From the IMG/VR virus record IMGVR_UViG_2541047951_000003: a stretch of 42,729 nucleotides of DNA, one strand, 5' to 3'. This document shows, piece by piece, positions 16,963 through 27,095 of the stretch. The position numbers were made by a program, and so were the translations under genes. The stretch is from a virus. Taxonomy: Duplodnaviria; Heunggongvirae; Uroviricota; Caudoviricetes. How positions within the stretch are numbered: position 1 is the first letter of the stretch; the number at the start of each line of letters is the position of its first letter. The notes below the pieces were generated by a model, which worked only from the letters and a program-made list of their open reading frames with translations, did not search any database and had not been told where the DNA came from.

Positions 16963-17459
16963 TGCCTCCATCATTACGAAAAGCCGTTGCTGCTGCTATT
17001 GGTGGCGGAGCAATTGCTATAGCATCAGTGTTAATCACTGGCCCAAGTGGTAACGATGGTCTGGAAGGTGTCAGCTACATACCATACAAAGATATTGTTG
17101 GTGTATGGACTGTATGTCACGGGCATACAGGAAAAGACATCATGCTCGGTAAAACGTATACCAAAGCAGAATGCAAAGCCCTCCTGAATAAAGACCTTGC
17201 CACGGTCGCCAGACAAATTAACCCGTACATCAAAGTCGATATACCGGAAACAATGCGCGGCGCTCTTTACTCATTCGTTTACAACGTGGGTGCTGGCAAT
17301 TTCAGAACATCGACGCTTCTTCGCAAAATAAACCAGGGCGATATCAAAGGCGCATGTGATCAGCTACGTCGCTGGACATATGCTGGCGGTAAGCAATGGA
17401 AAGGTCTCATGACTCGTCGTGAGATTGAGCGTGAAATCTGTTTGTGGGGTCAGCAATGA
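16962..17459 (+). CDS. R: SAR endolysin (lysozyme R21 type)
   Basis: 165 aa; N-terminal Gly/Ala-rich SAR segment ([20 protein letters not shown]) followed by lysozyme domain; matches R21/RrrD. Confidence 0.9.
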   Translation: MPPSLRKAVAAAIGGGAIAIASVLITGPSGNDGLEGVSYIPYKDIVGVWTVCHGHTGKDIMLGKTYTKAECKALLNKDLATVARQINPYIKVDIPETMRGALYSFVYNVGAGNFRTSTLLRKINQGDIKGACDQLRRWTYAGGKQWKGLMTRREIEREICLWGQQ

Positions 17460-17917
17460 ACAGAGTAACCGCGATTATCTCCGCTCTGGTTATCTGCATC
17501 ATCGTCTGCCTGTCATGGGCTGTTAATCATTACCGTGATAACGCCATTACCTACAAAGCCCAGCGCGACAAAAATGCCAGAGAACTGACGCTGGCGAACG
17601 CGGTAATTACTGACATACAGATGCGTCAGCGTGATGTTGCTGCGCTCGATGCAAAATACACGAAGGAGTTAGCTGATGCGAAAGCTGAAAATGATGCTCT
17701 GCGTGATGATGTTGCCGCTGGTCGTCGTCGGTTGCACATCAAAGCAGTCTGTCAGTCAGTGCGTGAAGCCACCACCGCCTCCGGCGTGGATAATGCAGCC
17801 TCCCCCCGACTGGCAGACACCGCTGAACGGGATTATTTCACCCTCAGAGAGAGGCTGATCACTATGCAAAAACAACTGGAAGGAACCCAGAAGTATATTA
17901 ATGAGCAGTGCAGATAG
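17456..17917 (+). CDS. Rz: Rz i-spanin
   Basis: [43 protein letters not shown]... matches lambda Rz; ATGA overlap with R. Confidence 0.85.
   Translation: MNRVTAIISALVICIIVCLSWAVNHYRDNAITYKAQRDKNARELTLANAVITDIQMRQRDVAALDAKYTKELADAKAENDALRDDVAAGRRRLHIKAVCQSVREATTASGVDNAASPRLADTAERDYFTLRERLITMQKQLEGTQKYINEQCR
17676..17858 (+). CDS. Rz1: Rz1 o-spanin lipoprotein (embedded in Rz, +1 frame)
   Basis: 60 aa, lipobox VVGC, Pro-rich; matches lambda Rz1. Confidence 0.75.
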   Translation: MRKLKMMLCVMMLPLVVVGCTSKQSVSQCVKPPPPPAWIMQPPPDWQTPLNGIISPSERG

Positions 17918-17948
17918 AGCTGCCCATATCGATGGGCAACTCATGCAA

Positions 17949-18242
17949 TTATTGTGAGCAATACACACGCGCTTCCAGCGGAGTATAAATGCCTAAAGTA
18001 ATAAAACCGAGCAATCCATTTACGAATGTTTGCTGGGTTTCTGTTTTAACAACATTTTCTGCACCACCACAAATTTTTGCTGCATCGACAGTTTTCTTCT
18101 GCCCAATTCCCGAAACGAAGAAATGATGGGTGATGGTTTCCTTTGGTGTTACTGCTGTAGGTTTGTTTCCAACAGTAAACGTCTGTTGAGCACATCCTGT
18201 AATAAGCATTGCCAGAGCGGCAGAAAACAACATTTTTTTCAT
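17949..18242 (-). CDS. bor: Bor lipoprotein (serum-resistance lysogenic-conversion protein)
   Basis: MKKMLFSAALAMLITGCAQQTF... 97 aa from ATG 18242, matches lambda Bor/BorD. Confidence 0.85.
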   Translation of the reverse strand: MKKMLFSAALAMLITGCAQQTFTVGNKPTAVTPKETITHHFFVSGIGQKKTVDAAKICGGAENVVKTETQQTFVNGLLGFITLGIYTPLEARVYCSQ

Positions 18243-18408
18243 CTTATTATCCTGCATTGTTAAAAACGGCAGAATCCTATGTGACAACAATTAAACGATA
18301 GTTAAATGGATTGATGAAAATTAAAACTACACAGGTGGGCTCAGACTATTGGAGGAAGTTGGGGACACTCAGAATCCTGTGGAATGAAATAAACCGGTCT
18401 ATCCGTCC

Positions 18409-18413
18409 ATTAC
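18409..18413. repeat. IS2 target-site duplication (ATTAC), left copy
   Basis: 5-bp ATTAC directly flanks both IS2 ends (18409-18413 and 19745-19749). Confidence 0.8.
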
Positions 18414-18424
18414 TGGATTTGCCC

Positions 18425-19330
18425 CTATATTTCCAGACACCTGTTATCACTTAACCCATTACTGGCTTGCTGCCGCAGATATTCCCGTGGCGAGCGATAA
18501 CCCAGTGCACTATGCGGATGCCATTCGTTATAATGCTCGAACGCCTCTGCAAGGTTCTTTGCTGCCGTTAACCCGTCTGGTTTGGGCATGACACTGATGT
18601 AGTCACGCTTTATCGTTTTCACGAAGCTCTCTGCTATGCCGTTACTCTCCGGACTCCGCACCGCCGTGCTCTTCGGTTCAAGCCCCAACATCCGGGCAAA
18701 CTGCCGTGTTTCATTAGCCCGGTAGCATGAACCATTATCCGTCAGCCACTCTACTGGAGACGCCGGAAGCTCGTTGCCGAAGCGGCGTTCCACCGCTCCC
18801 AGCATGACGTCCTGTACTGTTTCACTGTTGAAGCCGCCCGTAGTGACCGCCCAGTGCAGTGCCTCACGGTCACAGCAGTCCAGCGCGAACGTGACTCGCA
18901 GTTTTTCTCCGTTATCACAGCGGAACTCGAACCCGTCAGAGCACCATCGCTGATTACTTTCTTTCACAGCCACTCTGCCTGTATGTGCCCGTTTCGATGG
19001 CGGTACAGCAGGTTTTCGCTCAAGCAACAGCGCATTCTGGCGCATGATCCGGTAAACACGTTTGGCATTGATCGCAGGCATACCATCAAGTTCTGCCTGT
19101 CTGCGAAGCAGCGCCCATACCCGACGATAACCATACGTGGGCAGCTCTCCGATAACATGGTGTATACGGAGAAGCACATCCGTATCATCAGTGTGACGAC
19201 TGCGGCGGCCATCCATCCAGTCATCGGTTCGTCTGAGAATGACGTGCAACTGCGCACGCGACACCCGGAGACAACGGCTGACTAAGCTTACTCCCCATCC
19301 CCGGGCAATAAGGGCGCGTGCGCTATCCAC
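18425..19330 (-). CDS. insD: IS2 transposase OrfB (InsD, DDE integrase core)
   Basis: 301 aa, matches IS2 InsD; overlaps insC in -1 frame (programmed frameshift fusion typical of IS3 family). Confidence 0.9.
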
Positions 19331-19653
19331 TTTTTTGCCCGTCCATATTCAACGGCTTCTTTGAGGAGTTCATTTTCCATCGTTTTCTTGCCGAGCAGGC
19401 GCTGGAGTTCTTTAATCTGCTTCATGGCGGCAGCAAGTTCAGAGGCAGGAACAACCTGTTCTCCGGCGGCGACAGCAGTAAGACTTCCTTCCTGGTATTG
19501 CTTACGCCAGAGAAATAACTGACTGGCTGCCACACCGTGTTGCCGGGCAACGAGGGAGACCGTCATCCCTGGTTCAAAGCTCTGCTGAACAATTGCGATC
19601 TTTTCCTGTGTGGTACGCCGTCTGCGTTTCTCCGGTCCTAAGACATCAATCAT
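19288..19653 (-). CDS. insC: IS2 OrfA (InsC, HTH)
   Basis: [52 protein letters not shown]... matches IS2 InsC (121 aa). Confidence 0.9.
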
Positions 19654-19744
19654 CTGCTCTCCAATGACTAGTCTAAAAACTAGTATTAAGACTATCACTT
19701 AAATAAGTGATATTGGTTGTCTGGAGATTCAGGGGGCCAGTCTA

Positions 19745-19749
19745 ATTAC
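19745..19749. repeat. IS2 target-site duplication (ATTAC), right copy
   Basis: Identical 5-mer to 18409-18413 immediately outside the IS2 terminus. Confidence 0.8.
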
Positions 19750-20058
19750 CCTTTTAGCTGCGCTGTATCGTCGCCGTATTCCCGCATTAACCATGACCGT
19801 AGCCCGACGGGGAATTCCTTCTGCGTGAGTGTGCGGGAATAATTAAAAACGATGCACACCGGGTTTTTACCGCGTTAATGATTCGCGGGTTTATCCCGGT
19901 GCGATGGTGGAAGAAACAGGAAGCTGTATTACAGAAAGTGCTACTACTGTATCCCGATGCGATGTATGTAATGTGAGTCAGATAATGGCACAGGATGTGG
20001 TGATGTGGCAGTCTGGAACACAGGATATATTGTCAGAATAAGACCCGTAGGAATAAAA

Positions 20059-20385
20059 ATGAAAAGACGCCTTTTACTACTTTTTCTGTTATCTGTCCTG
20101 GCAGTGGGATGCTCGCAGCAAAAAGCTGATGAGCCCCGGCAATTAGTGACGGTGTATCCACGATATCCGGAATATGCTGCAGCAAATTATATCAAGGGGC
20201 TGGTTGAGGTTAAGTTCGATATTGGTGCTGATGGGACTGTGACACGGATCGTTTTTCTCCGCTCAGAGCCTCATAATTTGTTTCGTGATGAAGTGGTGAA
20301 GGCCATGGCGAAATGGCGATTTGAAAAGAATCGCCCCTGTCAGGGAGTGAAGAGACAATTTATCTTTACGCCGTCACGTCCTTGA
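20059..20385 (+). CDS. Lipoprotein with TonB-C-terminal-like domain (hypothetical)
   Basis: Signal peptide with lipobox (MKRRLLLLFLLSVLAVGC); mature part shows 'P-x-YP-x-A...G-x-V-x-V-x-F-x-I...DG-x-V' pattern reminiscent of TonB_C fold. Confidence 0.55.
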   Translation: MKRRLLLLFLLSVLAVGCSQQKADEPRQLVTVYPRYPEYAAANYIKGLVEVKFDIGADGTVTRIVFLRSEPHNLFRDEVVKAMAKWRFEKNRPCQGVKRQFIFTPSRP

Positions 20386-20507
20386 TGCTTCCAGGTAGAG
20401 AGGGGCTGGAAGCAGGAGAAAAATGAAAGAGCCAGCGGTTATATTTTTGTCATGGCTGACGAGGAATGATGGAAGAAGGCGTTGTATGCCACACAACGCC
20501 TCACTGT

Positions 20508-20687
20508 TCATTTCTTCTTTTTCTCTGGTGGAACCCGATGAATAAGAGTTGCACTGGTTTCCGATGAGATGGCGATATACTCGGGCAAAGTATGCTGGCA
20601 GTTTTCCAACTGGTCAAAAATACCTGCTCTCGTCTGTTGCAATGCCTGCAGCATGCGGCGGCAATGCGCCTTGCTTTTACTAACCAT
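20508..20687 (-). CDS. Hypothetical small basic protein, about 59 aa (start uncertain)
   Basis: Part of track ORF 20508-20861; internal ATG chosen to avoid overlap with upstream secreted-protein ORF. Confidence 0.3.
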   Translation of the reverse strand: MVSKSKAHCRRMLQALQQTRAGIFDQLENCQHTLPEYIAISSETSATLIHRVPPEKKKK

Positions 20688-20748
20688 CTTTCCTTCCTCT
20701 ATCAGTCGCTGCGTGAACTCATCATGGAATACCAGGTAAATGCGGATG

Positions 20749-21000
20749 TTATCGGTTTTGGCTACGCAGCATAGTACAAAACGGACAGGTGCATCCCGGG
20801 ACGGGGGAGGCGTCACATGTCCCTGTGATGGTTGTTCCGGGTAATGTACTGTGTGGGGCATAAAAATGTCCGATAATTTTACTTTCTACCGCAGTTAGTT
20901 GATTCGTTGGTCCTGGTAGCACATTGGGCGAGGATTTAAATGCCAGGCAACTGAAGGATGATGTCGCAAGGGAGATAGCGAGAATATTTCTGATTTTCAT
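20749..21000 (-). CDS. Hypothetical secreted Cys-rich small protein, 83 aa
   Basis: ATG at 21000; signal peptide MKIRNILAISLATSSFSCLA; five Cys in the C-terminal third. Confidence 0.45.
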   Translation of the reverse strand: MKIRNILAISLATSSFSCLAFKSSPNVLPGPTNQLTAVESKIIGHFYAPHSTLPGTTITGTCDASPVPGCTCPFCTMLRSQNR

Positions 21001-21148
21001 TTGATGATGCCTCTGTGTGAAATGACGGTAAACGACGCACTTGTGCCGGCACATAATAGCAAGCACCATAATAGATCAGATTCGATTCTTGCTGTAAGTG
21101 ATAATTATTCTCGTTTTCGGGTCCTTTCCGTCGATCCAACAGGTTACG

Positions 21149-21160
21149 GGGCGGCGACCT
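21149..21160 (+). other. cosN cohesive-end sequence GGGCGGCGACCT (12-nt overhang site)
   Basis: Exact lambda cohesive-end 12-mer followed by CGCGGTTTTTCACTATTTATGAAAATTTT, about 180 bp upstream of nu1. Confidence 0.8.
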
Positions 21161-21336
21161 CGCGGTTTTTCACTATTTATGAAAATTTTTCAGGGAAAAT
21201 CGTGTCGGTACTTCTCGAATATAACTTTTTGTTTTTTTTAATATTGCATCCGTAAAGGTCCGACATGAAAGTGTCCGAAAATGCCTTTTTCTGGCGTTTT
21301 CATGTCGGGCCTTGTATTTGATAATGGGTTGTTTTC

Positions 21337-21885
21337 ATGAAGGTTAATAAAAAGAGGCTTGCCGAAATTTTCAACGTGGACCCGCGGACGATTGAACGCT
21401 GGCAGTCTCAGGGACTCCCTTGCGCCTCCAAAGGTAGTAAGGGCATTGAATCTGTATTTGATACTGCCATGGCAATTCAGTGGTATGCGCAGAGGGAAAC
21501 TGATATCGAAAACGAAAAGCTCCGCAAAGAACTGGCCGATTTGCGTGCGGCAGCGGAGTCAGATTTACAACCCGGCACCATTGACTATGAACGCTACCGG
21601 CTCACAAAAGCGCAGGCAGATGCGCAGGAACTGAAAAATGCCCGTGAAGACGGAGTAGTGCTGGAAACTGAACTGTTTACCTTCATTCTGCAACGTGTGG
21701 CACAGGAGATTTCGGGGATACTTGTGCGTGTGCCGTTGACATTACAGCGTAAATATCCGGACATTTCACCATCACACCTTGATGTGGTGAAAACTGAAAT
21801 CGCGAAAGCCTCCAATGTTGCAGCTAAGGCCGGTGAAAACGTGGGCGGGTGGATCGATGATTTCAGACGCGCAGAAGGCAGCTAA
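21337..21885 (+). CDS. nu1: Terminase small subunit (Nu1-like)
   Basis: 182 aa; [28 protein letters not shown]... parallels lambda Nu1 (winged-HTH N-terminus, 'IENEKLRKE', '[29 protein letters not shown]'). Confidence 0.9.
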   Translation: MKVNKKRLAEIFNVDPRTIERWQSQGLPCASKGSKGIESVFDTAMAIQWYAQRETDIENEKLRKELADLRAAAESDLQPGTIDYERYRLTKAQADAQELKNAREDGVVLETELFTFILQRVAQEISGILVRVPLTLQRKYPDISPSHLDVVKTEIAKASNVAAKAGENVGGWIDDFRRAEGS

Positions 21886-23785
21886 TGCAGCCGGTGCGAT
21901 AGCTACAGGGCTTTTATCTCTCATTATTCCTGTTCCACTGACGACAGTTCAGTGGGCCAATAAACATTATTACCTTCCTAAAGAGTCGTCTTATACCCCG
22001 GGGCGATGGGAAACACTGCCGTTTCAGGTTGGCATCATGAACTGTATGGGCAACGATCTGATTCGCACGGTTAACCTGATTAAATCTGCCCGTGTTGGTT
22101 ATACAAAGATGTTGCTGGGAGTGGAGGCTTATTTTATTGAGCATAAATCACGCAACAGCCTTCTTTTTCAGCCCACGGACTCAGCTGCTGAAGATTTTAT
22201 GAAATCTCATGTTGAGCCAACGATAAGGGATGTTCCTGCATTGCTGGAGCTGGCTCCATGGTTCGGAAGAAAACACCGCGATAATACGCTCACCCTGAAG
22301 CGTTTTTCCTCCGGTGTGGGGTTCTGGTGTCTGGGTGGTGCGGCAGCAAAAAACTACCGTGAAAAATCCGTGGATGTGGTCTGTTATGACGAGCTTTCCT
22401 CGTTCGAACCGGATGTTGAAAAAGAGGGTTCGCCAACCCTGCTGGGGGATAAACGTATTGAGGGCTCTGTATGGCCAAAATCCATTCGCGGCTCGACGCC
22501 TAAAATCAAAGGCTCCTGCCAGATCGAAAAAGCCGCTAACGAGTCGGCACACTTCATGCGTTTTTATGTGCCCTGTCCGCACTGTGGGGAGGAGCAGTAT
22601 CTGAAATTTGGCGATGATGCCTCGCCTTTCGGTCTTAAGTGGGAGAAGAATAAGCCAGAAAGTGTTTTCTACCTTTGTGAGCATCATGGCTGTGTGATCC
22701 ATCAGTCTGAGCTTGACCAGAGTAACGGGCGGTGGATCTGTGAAAACACGGGCATGTGGACTCGTGACGGTCTGACATTTTTCAGCGCCGCGGATAATGA
22801 AATTCCGCCGCCGCGCTCCATCACTTTCCATATCTGGACGGCGTACAGTCCGTTCACCACCTGGGTACAGATTGTCTATGACTGGCTGGATGCACTGAAA
22901 GATCCCAACGGCCTGAAAACCTTTGTGAACACCACGCTGGGCGAGACCTGGGAAGAGGCTGTGGGCGAAAAACTCGATCACCAGGTGCTGATGGATAAGG
23001 TTGTGCGTTACACGGCGGCGGTGCCTGCCCGGGTGGTTTATCTGACGGCGGGCATTGACTCGCAGCGAAACCGTTTTGAGATGTATGTCTGGGGATGGGC
23101 TCCGGGAGAGGAAGCCTTTCTGGTGGATAAAATCATCATTATGGGGCGTCCCGATGAGGAAGAGACGCTGTTACGTGTGGATGCGGCGATCAACAAAAAA
23201 TACCGCCATGCAGACGGAACCGAAATGACCATTTCCCGTGTCTGCTGGGACATCGGGGGGATCGATGGCGAAATCGTTTATCAGAGGTCAAAAAAACACG
23301 GTGTTTTCCGGGTGCTGCCGGTAAAAGGCGCATCTGTCTATGGCAAGCCGGTGATCACCATGCCAAAAACCCGCAATCAGCGGGGCGTGTATCTGTGTGA
23401 AGTGGGGACGGACACCGCAAAAGAAATTCTCTATGCCCGTATGAAAGCCGATCCCACGCCTGTGGATGAAGCCACGTCGTATGCTATCCGTTTTCCTGAT
23501 GATCCGGAGATTTTTTCGCAGACAGAGGCGCAGCAACTGGTCGCGGAAGAGCTTGTGGAGAAGTGGGAAAAAGGAAAGATGCGTCTGCTGTGGGATAACA
23601 AAAAGCGGCGTAACGAAGCGCTGGACTGCCTGGTGTATGCCTACGCGGCATTACGTGTGTCCGTGCAACGCTGGCAGCTTGATCTGGCTGTACTGGCAAA
23701 ATCCCGGGAAGAAGAGACGACCCGGCCAACCCTTAAAGAACTGGCAGCGAAGCTGTCCGGAGGAGTGAATGGTTACAGTCGCTGA
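21857..23785 (+). CDS. A: Terminase large subunit (gpA)
   Basis: Strong match to lambda gpA throughout (e.g. [17 protein letters not shown], Walker motifs, [17 protein letters not shown]); start ATG 21857 overlapping nu1. Confidence 0.95.
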   Translation: MISDAQKAANAAGAIATGLLSLIIPVPLTTVQWANKHYYLPKESSYTPGRWETLPFQVGIMNCMGNDLIRTVNLIKSARVGYTKMLLGVEAYFIEHKSRNSLLFQPTDSAAEDFMKSHVEPTIRDVPALLELAPWFGRKHRDNTLTLKRFSSGVGFWCLGGAAAKNYREKSVDVVCYDELSSFEPDVEKEGSPTLLGDKRIEGSVWPKSIRGSTPKIKGSCQIEKAANESAHFMRFYVPCPHCGEEQYLKFGDDASPFGLKWEKNKPESVFYLCEHHGCVIHQSELDQSNGRWICENTGMWTRDGLTFFSAADNEIPPPRSITFHIWTAYSPFTTWVQIVYDWLDALKDPNGLKTFVNTTLGETWEEAVGEKLDHQVLMDKVVRYTAAVPARVVYLTAGIDSQRNRFEMYVWGWAPGEEAFLVDKIIIMGRPDEEETLLRVDAAINKKYRHADGTEMTISRVCWDIGGIDGEIVYQRSKKHGVFRVLPVKGASVYGKPVITMPKTRNQRGVYLCEVGTDTAKEILYARMKADPTPVDEATSYAIRFPDDPEIFSQTEAQQLVAEELVEKWEKGKMRLLWDNKKRRNEALDCLVYAYAALRVSVQRWQLDLAVLAKSREEETTRPTLKELAAKLSGGVNGYSR

Positions 23786-23975
23786 ACTGCAGGCGCTGCG
23801 TCAGGCGCGCCTTGATTTATTAACCGGTAAACGGGTGGTGTCTGTCCAGAAAGATGGTCGCAGAATTGAATATACGGCGGCTTCTCTGGATGAGCTTAAC
23901 CGGGCGATCAATGATGCGGAGTCGGTACTGGGGACAACCCGGTGTCGCCGTCGTCCGCTGGGAGTGAGGTTATGA
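23769..23975 (+). CDS. W: Head-tail joining protein W
   Basis: 68 aa; LTGKRVVSVQKDGRRIEYTAAS parallels lambda gpW. Confidence 0.85.
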   Translation: MVTVAELQALRQARLDLLTGKRVVSVQKDGRRIEYTAASLDELNRAINDAESVLGTTRCRRRPLGVRL

Positions 23976-25564
23976 AACGAACGCCTGTCCTGATTGATGT
24001 GAACGGCGTTCCGCTTCGTGAGAGTCTCAGCTACAACGGGGGCGGTGCAGGATTTGGCGGGCAAATGGCTGAGTGGTTGCCACCGGCGCAGAGTGCCGAT
24101 GCGGCCCTGCTGCCCGCGTTGCGTCTGGGGAATGCCCGGGCAGATGATCTGGTGCGCAATAACGGAATAGCGGCTAATGCGGTGGCTCTGCATAAGGATC
24201 ACATTGTCGGGCATATGTTTCTGATCAGCTACCGTCCGAACTGGCGCTGGCTGGGGATGCGGGAGACCGCAGCAAAAAGCTTTGTCGATGAGGTGGAGGC
24301 GGCCTGGTCGGAATACGCCGAAGGGATGTTTGGCGAGATCGACGTGGAAGGAAAACGCACGTTCACGGAATTTATCCGTGAAGGTGTGGGCGTTCATGCG
24401 TTTAACGGCGAAATCTTTGTGCAGCCGGTCTGGGATACGGAAACCACGCAGTTATTCCGTACGCGTTTTAAAGCCGTGAGTCCGAAACGGGTGGACACGC
24501 CTGGACACGGTATGGGGAACCGTTTTCTGCGGGCCGGTGTGGAGGTCGATCGATATGGCCGTGCCGTCGCGTACCATATCTGTGAGGATGATTTTCCGTT
24601 CTCTGGTAGTGGACGATGGGAACGGATCCCGCGTGAACTTCCCACCGGGCGTCCGGCCATGCTGCATATTTTCGAGCCGGTGGAGGACGGGCAGACCCGT
24701 GGGGCTAATCAGTTTTACAGCGTCATGGAACGGCTGAAGATGCTCGATTCCCTGCAGGCAACACAGCTTCAGTCGGCCATAGTGAAGGCGATGTATGCAG
24801 CGACGATTGAAAGTGAACTTGATACCGAAAAGGCCTTTGAATATATCGCCGGCGCGCCACAGGAGCAGAAGGATAATCCGCTTATTAATATTCTGGAGAA
24901 GTTTTCCAGCTGGTATGACACGAATAACGTGACACTGGGCGGTGTCAAAATTCCGCACCTTTTCCCTGGTGATGATCTGAAACTACAGACTGCGCAGGAT
25001 TCAGACAATGGATTTTCTGCGCTTGAACAGGCGCTGCTGCGGTATATCGCCGCCGGTCTTGGCGTTTCCTACGAACAGTTGTCCCGTGATTACTCGAAGG
25101 TCAGTTACTCAAGTGCCCGCGCCTCCGCCAATGAGTCGTGGCGCTATTTTATGGGGTGGCGAAAATTTATTGCGGCCCGGCTGGCCACGCAGATGTTTTC
25201 CTGCTGGCTGGAAGAGGCACTTCTTCGGGGGATTATTCGTCCGCCACGGGCACGTTTTGATTTTTATCAGGCGCGATCAGCCTGGTCACGGGCAGAGTGG
25301 ATTGGTGCCGGAAGAATGGCCATTGACGGGCTCAAGGAAGTCCAGGAATCAGTGATGCGCATTGAGGCCGGACTGAGCACGTATGAGAAAGAGCTGGCGC
25401 TGATGGGCGAGGATTATCAGGACATTTTCCGCCAGCAGGTCAGGGAATCTGCTGAGCGGCAAAAAGCCGGACTCTCACGTCCGGTGTGGATAGAGCAGGC
25501 GTATCAGCAGCAGATAGCGGAGAGTCGCAGGCCGGAAGAGGAGACAACACCACGTGAGACGTAA
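23972..25564 (+). CDS. B: Portal protein (gpB)
   Basis: About 530 aa with lambda gpB-like sequence; ATGA overlap with W. Confidence 0.9.
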   Translation: MKRTPVLIDVNGVPLRESLSYNGGGAGFGGQMAEWLPPAQSADAALLPALRLGNARADDLVRNNGIAANAVALHKDHIVGHMFLISYRPNWRWLGMRETAAKSFVDEVEAAWSEYAEGMFGEIDVEGKRTFTEFIREGVGVHAFNGEIFVQPVWDTETTQLFRTRFKAVSPKRVDTPGHGMGNRFLRAGVEVDRYGRAVAYHICEDDFPFSGSGRWERIPRELPTGRPAMLHIFEPVEDGQTRGANQFYSVMERLKMLDSLQATQLQSAIVKAMYAATIESELDTEKAFEYIAGAPQEQKDNPLINILEKFSSWYDTNNVTLGGVKIPHLFPGDDLKLQTAQDSDNGFSALEQALLRYIAAGLGVSYEQLSRDYSKVSYSSARASANESWRYFMGWRKFIAARLATQMFSCWLEEALLRGIIRPPRARFDFYQARSAWSRAEWIGAGRMAIDGLKEVQESVMRIEAGLSTYEKELALMGEDYQDIFRQQVRESAERQKAGLSRPVWIEQAYQQQIAESRRPEEETTPRET

Positions 25565-27059
25565 TCTTTCACACATTATTGCCGCAGCATTCAATGAACC
25601 GCTGCTTCTGGAGCCCGCCTATGCGCGGGTTTTCTTTTGCGCGCTCGGGCGCGAGATGGGGGCAGCAAGTCTTTCGGTACCACAACAGCAGGTACAGTTT
25701 GATGCTCCCGGAATGCTGGCTGAAACGGACGAGTACATGGCCGGAGGTAAACGACCGGCCCGTGTTTACCGGGTGGTGAACGGTATTGCTGTACTGCCGG
25801 TGACCGGCACGCTGGTGCACCGGCTGGGTGGTATGCGGCCATTTTCCGGAATGACAGGCTATGACGGCATTGTCGCCTGTCTTCAGCAGGCAATGGCGGA
25901 TAGCCAGGTGCGGGGCGTACTGCTGGACATTGACAGTCCGGGCGGGCAGGCCGCCGGCGCGTTTGACTGCGCTGACATGATTTACCGCCTCCGTCAGCAG
26001 AAGCCGGTCTGGGCACTGTGCAATGACACGGCCTGTTCTGCAGCCATGCTGCTGGCGTCGGCCTGCTCCCGACGGCTGGTTACCCAGACATCCCGTATCG
26101 GCTCCATTGGCGTGATGATGAGCCATGTCAGCTATGCCGGTCATCTGGCGCAGGCCGGTGTGGATATCACGCTGATTTACTCAGGGGCGCACAAGGTGGA
26201 TGGCAATCAGTTTGAAGCGTTGCCGGCAGAGGTTCGCCAGGACATGCAGCAGCGGATTGATGCGGCGCGCCGGATGTTTGCCGAAAAAGTGGCGATGTAT
26301 ACCGGTCTGTCTGTTGATGCCGTCACGGGAACAGAGGCTGCCGTTTTTGAAGGTCAGTCCGGCATTGAGGCCGGGCTGGCGGATGAATTAATCAATGCGT
26401 CGGATGCCATCAGTGTGATGGCCACGGCGCTGAACAGTAATGTCAGAGGAGGCACTATGCCGCAATTAACTGCAACGGAAGCCGCCGCGCAGGAGAACCA
26501 GCGAGTGATGGGGATCCTGACATGCCAGGAAGCGAAAGGACGTGAACAGCTTGCCACGATGCTGGCAGGACAACAGGGCATGAGCGTTGAACAGGCCCGG
26601 GCGATTCTGGCCGCGGCGGCACCGCAGCAGCCGGTGGCATCCACGCAGAGTGAAGCCGATCGCATTATGGTGTGTGAAGAAGCGAACGGTCGTGAACAAC
26701 TGGCGGCAACGCTGGCGGCGATGCCGGAGATGACGGTGGAAAAAGCCCGCCCGATCCTGGCTGCTTCACCGCAGGCGGATGCCGGACCATCACTCCGTGA
26801 TCAGATCATGGCACTGGATGAGGCAAAAGGGGCTGAGGCGCAGGCTGAACAGCTGGCTGCCTGCCCGGGAATGACAGTGGAGAGCGCCCGGGCTGTGCTG
26901 GCTGCGGGATCAGGTAAGGCAGAACCGGTCTCTGCATCCACAACCGCCATGTTTGAACATTTCATGGCGAACCATTCACCGGCAGCGGTACAGGGTGGCG
27001 TGGCACAGACGTCAGCAGACGGTGATGCGGACGTGAAAATGCTCATGGCCATGCCATGA
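25554..27059 (+). CDS. C: Head maturation protease/scaffold gpC (ClpP/S49-like) with C-terminal Nu3-type scaffold repeats; GTG start
   Basis: FNEPLLLEPAYARVFFCAL..., S49 peptidase-like core matches lambda gpC; C-terminal region has three tandem Nu3-like motifs. Confidence 0.9.
   Translation: MRRNLSHIIAAAFNEPLLLEPAYARVFFCALGREMGAASLSVPQQQVQFDAPGMLAETDEYMAGGKRPARVYRVVNGIAVLPVTGTLVHRLGGMRPFSGMTGYDGIVACLQQAMADSQVRGVLLDIDSPGGQAAGAFDCADMIYRLRQQKPVWALCNDTACSAAMLLASACSRRLVTQTSRIGSIGVMMSHVSYAGHLAQAGVDITLIYSGAHKVDGNQFEALPAEVRQDMQQRIDAARRMFAEKVAMYTGLSVDAVTGTEAAVFEGQSGIEAGLADELINASDAISVMATALNSNVRGGTMPQLTATEAAAQENQRVMGILTCQEAKGREQLATMLAGQQGMSVEQARAILAAAAPQQPVASTQSEADRIMVCEEANGREQLAATLAAMPEMTVEKARPILAASPQADAGPSLRDQIMALDEAKGAEAQAEQLAACPGMTVESARAVLAAGSGKAEPVSASTTAMFEHFMANHSPAAVQGGVAQTSADGDADVKMLMAMP
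26457..27059 (+). CDS. nu3: Candidate Nu3-like scaffolding protein from in-frame internal start within C
   Basis: ATG at 26457 preceded by AGGAGG at optimal spacing; in frame with C; analogous to lambda nu3 nested in C. Confidence 0.5.
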   Translation: MPQLTATEAAAQENQRVMGILTCQEAKGREQLATMLAGQQGMSVEQARAILAAAAPQQPVASTQSEADRIMVCEEANGREQLAATLAAMPEMTVEKARPILAASPQADAGPSLRDQIMALDEAKGAEAQAEQLAACPGMTVESARAVLAAGSGKAEPVSASTTAMFEHFMANHSPAAVQGGVAQTSADGDADVKMLMAMP

Positions 27060-27095
27060 AGTCAGTGCTGACCATCAATAGGAGGTTTTTACAAT

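Larger units (their letters stand above)
18414..19744 (-). mobile_element. IS2 insertion sequence (IS3 family), 1331 bp, complete
   Basis: Ends read TGGATTTGCCCCTATATTTCCAGACA (18414-) and ...TCTCCAGACAACCAATATCAC...GGGGGCCAGTCTA (-19744), matching IS2 terminal inverted repeats; contains insC/insD; length exactly 1331 bp. Confidence 0.9.

Noticed and set aside
22181-22981. 266-aa minus-strand ORF inside terminase large subunit gene
   Set aside because: Antisense to gpA homologue with clear conservation; no supporting start/RBS context examined that would favour it.
23801-24397. 198-aa minus-strand ORF overlapping W/portal genes
   Set aside because: Antisense to conserved structural genes; unusual composition; treated as spurious.
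25569-26144. 191-aa and 141-aa minus-strand ORFs inside gpC
   Set aside because: Antisense to conserved head protease gene; Arg/Pro/Ala-rich low-complexity translation.
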